The translations under genes and the position numbers were made by a program. Under the pieces are notes generated by a model. That model was given only the letters and a program-made list of their open reading frames with translations. It was not told the origin of the DNA and did not search any database. DNA of 32,006 bases from Cyclobacteriaceae bacterium (GTDB lineage Bacteria > Bacteroidota > Bacteroidia > Cytophagales > Cyclobacteriaceae): assembly GCA_035764995.1 (NCBI GenBank), contig DASTYM010000445.1:1-32006 (forward strand), in the 5' to 3' direction. Shown in pieces: positions 25,452 through 32,006 of the stretch; position 1 is the first letter of the stretch, and each line of letters starts with the position of its first letter.

Positions 25452-26495
25452 CTAGTTCTCGTCCTTATAATATAGTTTATAGTACTTCCTTCCATCTTCA
25501 TCGACCCCTCTTTCGATTAAATCTCGGTTGCCGTGGATATACACATGGAAGTTTTTATCAAGCTTTAATACGCTTTTAAAAATTCGTGCCTGCTTTTTAA
25601 CAGCGAAGTTGGAGATGGTGAAGCTATCGGCAATGTCTATTTCAGCTCCTTGCTCGTATTCAGATTTGTACTTTTTAAAGCGGTTTATCAAACCGGGCTG
25701 TTCAATTACTTCATTGGCAAACTCTTTAAAGTTGAAGGAGTCTTTTTCTTTAAAGAAGTTGATGGACTTATTCAGCAAATCGGCTTCATCGGCCTTTGAA
25801 AATTCTCGATCCTGTGATAGCTCTTTGGTTATAAAATTTTTAGCCAGCGATAATGTGTTTTGGGTGTGGCTGTAATCGTCTTTTCGATGTGTTAACTTGA
25901 GAAAAGTATCAACCCAATAAATGGCATCTTCTCCCCTGTTGGAATTGTCTACCACTACTGCGGTATAACCATTTTCGCGCTCCCTGTTAAAGATGATACA
26001 CCCTTTATCGAGTTTGTTAATGTTGATACCTTTATCGGTTTCTACTTCATAGATATCCTCCACCGGCCGAACTTTCAAAAATGTGTCTTTATTTTCTGAT
26101 TTGAATAGTCCAACCGCGTCAACAGTTTCGCCTTCAATCATGCAGTCCTTAAAATGAACTACATAAAACTCTCCTCCTTTGATTTTCGCATGGGTGCTTA
26201 CGTCATATAAATGCCGCGCCAGGAAAACGGATTGGTTATAAAGTCGGCCGGGGTTGTCGAAGACTTCACTTACAAACGTGAAGACCTCGTTGAGCTTTAA
26301 ATCGCCACTGCTGTGAAAGAGGTTAAAATACCCCTCAGATTTAAATGACGAGGTGAAGTATGACACGAGGGTTTTATTGAGCTCGCCTTCCACTTTAGTG
26401 ATTTTCTTTGAGAGAAAGATTCCATCATTGTTGGATTTGTTGCCAACGTTGTGGATGGCGAGGGAGGAGATCTCGGAGACTTGGAAACTACTCAT
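25452..26495 (-). CDS. nucleoid-associated protein, NdpA/YejK (NA37) family-like
   Basis: The N-terminus SSLAIHNVGNKSNNDGIFLSKK and a length of about 345 aa fit Bacteroidota NdpA-family proteins. This is recognition from memory only. Confidence 0.6.
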   Translation of the reverse strand: MSSFQVSEISSLAIHNVGNKSNNDGIFLSKKITKVEGELNKTLVSYFTSSFKSEGYFNLFHSSGDLKLNEVFTFVSEVFDNPGRLYNQSVFLARHLYDVSTHAKIKGGEFYVVHFKDCMIEGETVDAVGLFKSENKDTFLKVRPVEDIYEVETDKGININKLDKGCIIFNRERENGYTAVVVDNSNRGEDAIYWVDTFLKLTHRKDDYSHTQNTLSLAKNFITKELSQDREFSKADEADLLNKSINFFKEKDSFNFKEFANEVIEQPGLINRFKKYKSEYEQGAEIDIADSFTISNFAVKKQARIFKSVLKLDKNFHVYIHGNRDLIERGVDEDGRKYYKLYYKDEN

Positions 26496-26727
26496 GGTGT
26501 TGCGCGTGAATTGGGTGTCAAAAGTAGGTTAAATAGCTGCAAGCTTCAAGCCTCAAGCTGCAAGCTAGTTTGGGTACGAGATTGCGTTTAGCGTGTAAAG
26601 CTTTTTTGTTAGGGCACGCCCAAATCGTCTTCAGTCAATAGTCATTAGTCATTAGGCAGTATGTATTAGGTATTAGGTATTAGGAAGTAAATCTAATCAA
26701 AGGGAGGTGGTCTCTTCTTGAAATAAA

Positions 26728-27498
26728 TTAATACCAGTAAAACTCTAGCAACGTGATGCCCAGGTTGTAGGTGAAGTGACCGATTACTCCGTACCAGAGG
26801 GTGTTGTAACGATATCGCAGGAAGGCAAAGGCAAGTCCGAGGGGAACGAGCCAGAGCATGCTGATGAATGCGAGGTGAATGATGCCAAAAATAAAACTGG
26901 TGATATAGATTGCTCCAATCGGTGATGAAACGCGCTGCAGGTTGTTGAACATAAATCCTCTGAACGCTACTTCCTCAAAAATGGCTGGTTGAACACAGAT
27001 GAATAGAATGGATAAGAGCATCGGATAAGGTGTGTCGCCAAAAAGGTACGGGTTATAGAACACATCGTGGTCGCTGATCGAAATCTGAATGAGGTCGGCC
27101 AGGAAGAATATGCTTAGGCTGCCAAGTAGTGCTCCGAGAACAGTAAGGATTGCTACCGAAAACTTAACATTCGCAAAAGAGAAAAGCGGTTTTACTTCGT
27201 AGTGGTTGTAGACCCAAAAAACAATTACAATAACGATATCGATGACGCTCACAACAAGCATTCCGTTAATACCTTCCGGGAACGTAGATGTGAACTTGTA
27301 AACTATTAAGAGAATAAGTGTAATGAAATAGAATAGCAGTACAGGTCCAAGATGTTCGAATACATCGGTAGGATGATGGGCCTGTACCTCGTGCTTAATT
27401 TGTTTACCACACTTTCCGCAAAAACGCGCATCAGTCTGAATAACCGTTGAACAATGCGGGCATCGCGGGGAATCCGAAACTGTTTGTTCAAGCTCCAA
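26728..27498 (-). CDS. N-terminal zinc ribbon + CPBP (CAAX/Abi) intramembrane protease
   Basis: TTG start overlapping the upstream gene by 11 nt. CPHCSTVIQTDARFCGKCG ribbon, about 7 TM helices, CPBP motifs FEEVAFRGF, FGIIHL, GHFTYN. Confidence 0.75.
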   Translation of the reverse strand: MELEQTVSDSPRCPHCSTVIQTDARFCGKCGKQIKHEVQAHHPTDVFEHLGPVLLFYFITLILLIVYKFTSTFPEGINGMLVVSVIDIVIVIVFWVYNHYEVKPLFSFANVKFSVAILTVLGALLGSLSIFFLADLIQISISDHDVFYNPYLFGDTPYPMLLSILFICVQPAIFEEVAFRGFMFNNLQRVSSPIGAIYITSFIFGIIHLAFISMLWLVPLGLAFAFLRYRYNTLWYGVIGHFTYNLGITLLEFYWY

Positions 27499-28024
27499 CA
27501 GGTGCTGCTTTTAGTTTTTCTAACTCAGCCATCGAATGCTTCGCTTCCTGTGCTGAACGAATGCCTTTTACAAATCCGCCAATAAAAATAATTTTCAAGA
27601 TGATGCCCGAGAACATCGTGGTTGGATCAAGGAAAGCGTTCATCAGTTGTACAGTTATGTATAAGATCAGTGCGGTAAGGATCGCACCAAATGGATTTTG
27701 CGTGCACCATGCAGCCAGAATGAGATATATAATACACAAGACAACATTCACTACCATGCCTTGAAAATCTTCGGTTTCACCAAATCCCTGAATGAGGCCT
27801 TGAATAAGTGCGAACCCAGCCATCACCAATATGATGATGCGCGCTTGTTGAATTTTTTTATCGGCTTCTTTTAGCAATCTTTTTTGTGAGCCAATGTGTT
27901 CGCGGAAGATACGCTTCTCATCAACAGTACCAGCCATTGGGAAACTGCACTGAGGGCAAAACTTGAGAGTAGAATCGTTTTGAATGCGACAATTGTCGCA
28001 CACGATGGTTGAGGTTTGGTCCAT
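27488..28024 (-). CDS. N-terminal zinc ribbon + four-TM membrane protein
   Basis: The ATG at 28024 (MDQTSTIVCDNCRIQNDSTLKFCPQCS) is preferred over the TTG at 28063. A charged helix is followed by about 4 TM segments. Confidence 0.55.
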   Translation of the reverse strand: MDQTSTIVCDNCRIQNDSTLKFCPQCSFPMAGTVDEKRIFREHIGSQKRLLKEADKKIQQARIIILVMAGFALIQGLIQGFGETEDFQGMVVNVVLCIIYLILAAWCTQNPFGAILTALILYITVQLMNAFLDPTTMFSGIILKIIFIGGFVKGIRSAQEAKHSMAELEKLKAAPVGA

Positions 28025-28173
28025 AGGTTTCGCAAAACAGTGAGAATAAATTGGAATATGCAAATGGAATTATCCTGTAGGTTAGTCCAAGTGACTCACT
28101 TCATCAGCAATAGTCACAAAGGAGTATTAGCATTAGCCCAAAAGAACATCACTCCACCTAAGACACTAGCATT

Positions 28174-29610
28174 CTAATCTCGCTTCAACACTTCACGCAT
28201 ATATTCAGGCATGGTAGCGATTACTTTATTAAGTGTCGCCAATGCTGCACCCTTTTGCGTTTCATCGTCAAGGTTGTAAGCATAGTTATCGAACAGATAC
28301 GTCAGCAACACGCGGTTGTAAGGATCTAGCGCAGGGTCGCTCATCATGGCGATGAGTCTTTTTTCGAGGGCGGCTTTGTCGGCTGTGTCGGCAAGGGCGC
28401 GGCCGGTGCGGTTGATGGAACCGAAGTAATGATTATCGCTCACGTTTTCTACACGCAAGGTTGTGCCCAGCAGCAAATCAATTGCGGGGATGTCGAGTTC
28501 TTCGAGTTCTTTCAGATAAGTTTTGCGGCCTGCATAAGCATAGCTTCCGTCAGACACACGCTCGAAACGGTCGTTCATGATGTCGAGGTGCGAGCGCAGG
28601 AAGATGTCCCACTGGGCGGTTTCGGCTGCCAGTCTGCAGATGTTCATCGCATGGTAGCGCGGACTTTGGTCCTGGCTACATCCGCCAATCACTTTGCGGC
28701 CGCGCATGAGTTTGAGTGCATCAGCGGAAGACAAGTAACGGCCCACGTAAAACTCAAGTCGCGGATCGGAGTTTCTACTCTCAAACGCTTCATCGCGCGC
28801 ATCTGTCAGCACACCTTTCCAATAGCGTGAGGTTTGCATAAGGTCGTCAACATGCAACAGGCGCAGGCTGTCCCACACGTGAAACTTTGACTGGAACACT
28901 TCATACGCTGAATCGAAGTTTTCAACTTTATCGTAGTCGGGATACTCGGGCCGGCCGGGGAATGATTCGGCCCATTTGATGAAGTCATGTGCTTTTGAGT
29001 TCTCTGCAACCTGCTCATACACCTCTCCTTTTGCTCCGGCAAAGAAAATCGTGGCCGTGGTGTCGATCATGCAATCGACATACTGCACGAGGCGCGCGTA
29101 ATCGTAGGGAAGTTCAATGGATTGAAGGCTTAGGAGGTAAAAGGCTTCGGTGCCGTCATCGCTGATCAGCCATCCGCTAGTTTTATGGTTTGATTTTTTG
29201 TCTTTCACCGAAATGGAAAGCTGGTGCTTTCCGGGAAGGGATTCATATTCGATATACGCGATGTCCTTGTAATTCGTGTACTCGCTTTTTGTTACCCAAA
29301 CGTTTTTCTTCTTCACGTTACGCGGATATTTTTTTTCGAATTCCTCGAAGGATAATCCCGCTTCCATGAGCTTGCGAACTTCCTTGCCTTTGATGTCGAC
29401 ATAGTGGGCAAAACCCTGCGGCACGGAATAGTAGGGATGCGAGAGGTCGCATGAGCGGAATTTTAGATTCAGGGAATCAACGATGGTACCGAGTTGGTTC
29501 ATCGTGGCCTCGGTGTAGATGAGTCCGTTGGAGTTGATTTTGAATTCGTTGTATTGTGCAAACGAAGTTGTTGCAGTGAACGCGATGAAGAGGATGCTGA
29601 GCAGTTTCAT
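28174..29610 (-). CDS. hypothetical secreted protein
   Basis: Signal peptide MKLLSILFIAFTATTSFAQ. 478 aa with no recognised motif and host-like GC. Confidence 0.5.
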   Translation of the reverse strand: MKLLSILFIAFTATTSFAQYNEFKINSNGLIYTEATMNQLGTIVDSLNLKFRSCDLSHPYYSVPQGFAHYVDIKGKEVRKLMEAGLSFEEFEKKYPRNVKKKNVWVTKSEYTNYKDIAYIEYESLPGKHQLSISVKDKKSNHKTSGWLISDDGTEAFYLLSLQSIELPYDYARLVQYVDCMIDTTATIFFAGAKGEVYEQVAENSKAHDFIKWAESFPGRPEYPDYDKVENFDSAYEVFQSKFHVWDSLRLLHVDDLMQTSRYWKGVLTDARDEAFESRNSDPRLEFYVGRYLSSADALKLMRGRKVIGGCSQDQSPRYHAMNICRLAAETAQWDIFLRSHLDIMNDRFERVSDGSYAYAGRKTYLKELEELDIPAIDLLLGTTLRVENVSDNHYFGSINRTGRALADTADKAALEKRLIAMMSDPALDPYNRVLLTYLFDNYAYNLDDETQKGAALATLNKVIATMPEYMREVLKRD

Positions 29611-29833
29611 AACGGTTCAGGTTAGTTCTTATTCTATTAATGCGGTTGGCGCAAAAAAGTAACGATATAAGGATGCATAGATTGGGTGGTTTGCATAAGA
29701 AATTAATGAATTTTTGAGAGATTTTTGGAGCATCATTCCGGTGCAAACTGCAGTAGGTTGCCGGCCGGTCATGATGGCCTCGTTCATCCTTGAACCAAGC
29801 ATAAAATACTCAAACAAAGATCAGTGATAGAAT

Positions 29834-29863
29834 TTGCAAAGATTGGGACAAGCATTATTTTTG
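29834..29863 (+). promoter_or_regulatory. Bacteroidota promoter TTG-N19-TAttTTTG for tRNA-Thr
   Basis: TTG at 29834-36, 19-nt spacer, TAnnTTTG at 29856-63, 12 nt before the tRNA 5' end. Confidence 0.55.
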
Positions 29864-29875
29864 CACCTCCATTTC

Positions 29876-29948
<73 letters not shown>

Positions 29949-29958
29949 CTTGAAAATC

Positions 29959-29986
29959 AAGCACTTACAGCAGTAGGTGCTTTTTT
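29959..29986 (+). terminator. intrinsic terminator after the tRNA
   Basis: aagcacttac-agca-gtaggtgctt, with the T-run 29981-29986 that begins in the last two stem positions. Confidence 0.7.
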
Positions 29987-30021
29987 CGTTTTAGGGCAAA
30001 TGGTGGACGAAATTTGAAGGC

Positions 30022-30072
30022 TTAGTAGACAGTTCCGAGTAATTTAAGCTGCGCTTTGAGTTCCTTGAGACT
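30022..30072 (-). pseudogene. relic diverged copy of the last 16 codons plus stop of the DUF349 gene
   Basis: The reverse strand reads SLKELKAQLKLLGTVY*, versus the real C-terminus SLKELKAQLKLLRTVS* at 30109-30159. Most differences are at synonymous third positions. Confidence 0.6.
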
Positions 30073-30108
30073 GTATGTCAGCCTGCGCCAAGGCTACGGC
30101 TGACGAGG

Positions 30109-31962
30109 TCACGAAACTGTTCGCAACAGTTTTAATTGCGCCTTCAGTTCTTTGAGGCTGTCTGTAGCCGTGTTGATTTTTTCGTTGAACTCTTCCTTGT
30201 ATTTGTCGGCATTTTTGGACCGGCCAAAGAACTCGAGGTTGTTGCGCCAAACTGCGATGTCGTTTTCTACCTTCAGTATCTTCTTGCGGATGGCCTGCTC
30301 TTTATGATAGATTTTCTGGCCACCCATAGGGTCGTTTTTCAAATCATGCAGCTGGTTCTCGAGTACCAGGCGGCTCTTGTCCTCCTCACTGAGCCCCTCT
30401 ATGGAGTTCGTGAATTTTTGAACGGCCTCGTGGTAGCGGTTGCGGATGGTGTTGATATCCTTACGCGGAACAAAGCCGATCTGGTTAAAGCGTTCTTCGA
30501 TTTCTTTCAGCAGTTCGCGCGTGGCAGTTTTGTCGGCAATGTGTTTTTCAAGTTCGGCACAAATGGCTTCTTTCTGCTTCAGGTTTTCTACCTGCTCGCT
30601 CTCTTGCTTGCCTTGCTGGTTGCGCTTGGCATCGAAGAAATAATCGCACGCCTCTTTGAACTCCTTAAAAACTTTCTCCCTAAATTTTTCGGGCACAGGG
30701 CCAATGTTTTTCCACTGCTGCTGGATATTCTTGAGTTCGTTCGAGGCTTTGTCCCACTCCTGGCTATCTTTTAACTCGATGGCACGCTGCACCAATTCAT
30801 TTTTCTTTTTCAGATTGCTGTCGCGCTCTTCATCCAACTTCTTGAAGAAAACACTCTTGTTACTGAAGAATGTTTTAAAGGCCGACCAGAATTTCTTGTT
30901 CACTTCCTTCGATTTGCTCCTTGGGAGTCCGCCAACAGCTTCCCACTTCTTCTGGATATCCAGAACTTCTTTGGTTTTCTGGTTCCACTCTTTAATTCGG
31001 TCGGACTGGAACGATGTGTACGCTGCTACTTCATCGCAGAGTTTATTCTTATGTTCAAGATTCGCGTTGAGTTCCTGCTGTAATGTTTTGAGGTACTCGT
31101 CACGCCTTGCGTACACCGAGTCGGACGCAGTTTTGAAGCGTTGCCACACGGCCTCCTTGTCTTCCATGGGCACGGGGCCGATGTGTTTGAACTCGTGGTG
31201 GAATTCGTTCAACTCACGGATGGCATCTTTTATTTTTTCTACTCCGGCAAGTTTTTCGGCACGGGCGCAGAGTTCGAGTTTCGCTTCTAAATTCTTTTTG
31301 CGGTCGAGTTCTTTTAATTCAAAGTAGATGCTCTGGTTGTCGTAAAATCTGTCTACCAGCGCGTGGTAGTTAGCCCATAGTGTGCGGGCTTGTGTGCCCG
31401 GAACGGGCCCGGTATTTCTCCACTCCTTCTGCAGGTCTTTGAAGATATTAAACTGGTTGGAGGCATCCTGCGAATCAACGAGCTCGCGAAGTTTCTCCAG
31501 CAAATCTGATTTCTTGCGGTAGTTATCGTTACGCTGATCTTCCAGGCTGCGCAACATTTGTGTGCGCTTGTCCTTGATCTGCTTGAACGAGGTTTCGAAC
31601 TGTTGTGTGAGTTCGTCAACCTTATAGGAGAAGTCATCGGCTACGCCACCATCGAGAATGAAACGGTTGAGGGCAGCAGTGCGCTCACGGTCGCGGAGTT
31701 CATCGAACAGTGGCTTGATATCGCGGAGCACGCGATCGATTTTCTTTTGATCGCTTTCTTTGGCAAGTTCTTTAATGAGGTCGACAAACTGGGCTTTGGT
31801 GAAGTGGCTGTAGTCTACGTGTTCGTAATCTTCATCCTGGGCTTGTTCGGTGTCGTCCTTTTCGGAAAGGTCGGCCTCCGTCTGCAATACGGCATTGGCA
31901 TGGCTATCAACCACATCGGTCCCCTGTAAATAATCCTGTTCTTTTTCTCTGTCCATCTCCAT
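30109..31962 (-). CDS. DUF349 repeat protein
   Basis: Repeated units of about 70 aa of the type EW(K/R)..GPVP....E.VW.RF..A.D.F. The ATG at 31962 is preferred to the TTG at 31968. Confidence 0.8.
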   Translation of the reverse strand: MEMDREKEQDYLQGTDVVDSHANAVLQTEADLSEKDDTEQAQDEDYEHVDYSHFTKAQFVDLIKELAKESDQKKIDRVLRDIKPLFDELRDRERTAALNRFILDGGVADDFSYKVDELTQQFETSFKQIKDKRTQMLRSLEDQRNDNYRKKSDLLEKLRELVDSQDASNQFNIFKDLQKEWRNTGPVPGTQARTLWANYHALVDRFYDNQSIYFELKELDRKKNLEAKLELCARAEKLAGVEKIKDAIRELNEFHHEFKHIGPVPMEDKEAVWQRFKTASDSVYARRDEYLKTLQQELNANLEHKNKLCDEVAAYTSFQSDRIKEWNQKTKEVLDIQKKWEAVGGLPRSKSKEVNKKFWSAFKTFFSNKSVFFKKLDEERDSNLKKKNELVQRAIELKDSQEWDKASNELKNIQQQWKNIGPVPEKFREKVFKEFKEACDYFFDAKRNQQGKQESEQVENLKQKEAICAELEKHIADKTATRELLKEIEERFNQIGFVPRKDINTIRNRYHEAVQKFTNSIEGLSEEDKSRLVLENQLHDLKNDPMGGQKIYHKEQAIRKKILKVENDIAVWRNNLEFFGRSKNADKYKEEFNEKINTATDSLKELKAQLKLLRTVS

Positions 31963-32006
31963 GGTCAATATTCATTTCAACGCGTTTAGCGTAAATTTAG
32001 TAAAAA

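Noticed and set aside
27421-27470. Sequence caatgcgggcatcgcgggg resembling the REP-like stem words
   Set aside because: It lies inside the CPBP gene and encodes its zinc ribbon (PRCPHC) on the reverse strand. It lacks the rest of the element, so the similarity is coincidental.
30136-31327. Long + strand ORFs (30136..30774, 30656..31327, 31558..31929) opposite the DUF349 gene, and similar antisense ORFs inside the DUF3857 genes, the helicase and the haloperoxidase gene
   Set aside because: These are shadow ORFs of strongly supported genes on the other strand, with low-complexity Leu/Phe/Ser-rich translations. No independent evidence supports them.

Overview
About 45% GC chromosomal segment that looks like a Bacteroidota (Cytophagia/Sphingobacteriia-like) genome. 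This is inferred from TAnnTTTG -7 promoter boxes, little Shine-Dalgarno signal, many signal-peptide/lipoprotein genes, a DUF3857/DUF3858 transglutaminase pair and a DUF349 gene. All family names come from motif recognition by eye; no searches were run. Left to right the window holds: galK 5' end (partial), then a membrane protein / outer-membrane barrel / PAP2-vanadium-haloperoxidase-like lipoprotein operon. Next is a MarR / AhpD-like / SgcJ-like operon with a shared palindromic operator, then a WG-repeat+YARHG lipoprotein, DUF2306, phnA/yjdM and a TPR-like+CPBP protease. These are followed by two SRPBCC genes, a DJ-1/AraC regulator, small secreted proteins, DinB, two DUF3857-type paralogues, greB and an XRE regulator. 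After that comes a compositionally distinct low-GC (about 33-35%) block. It carries a frameshifted reader-like+HNH endonuclease gene divergent from a Pif1-family helicase that has an unassigned N-terminal domain. The window ends with an NdpA/YejK-like gene, an overlapping pair of Zn-ribbon membrane proteins (one a CPBP/Abi protease), a secreted protein, tRNA-Thr(UGU) and the DUF349 gene. The best candidate for an undescribed system is the low-GC nuclease/helicase pair at 22.4-25.4 kb, with the Zn-ribbon/CPBP pair second. Non-coding highlights are a family of eight REP-like hairpin elements with compensatory stem changes (two BIME-like inverted dimers, two copies with a nested palindrome), word-like low-complexity intergenic repeats, and a diverged ghost copy of the last 16 codons of the DUF349 gene beside the tRNA. 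No CRISPR array, rRNA, integrase or transposase was seen.
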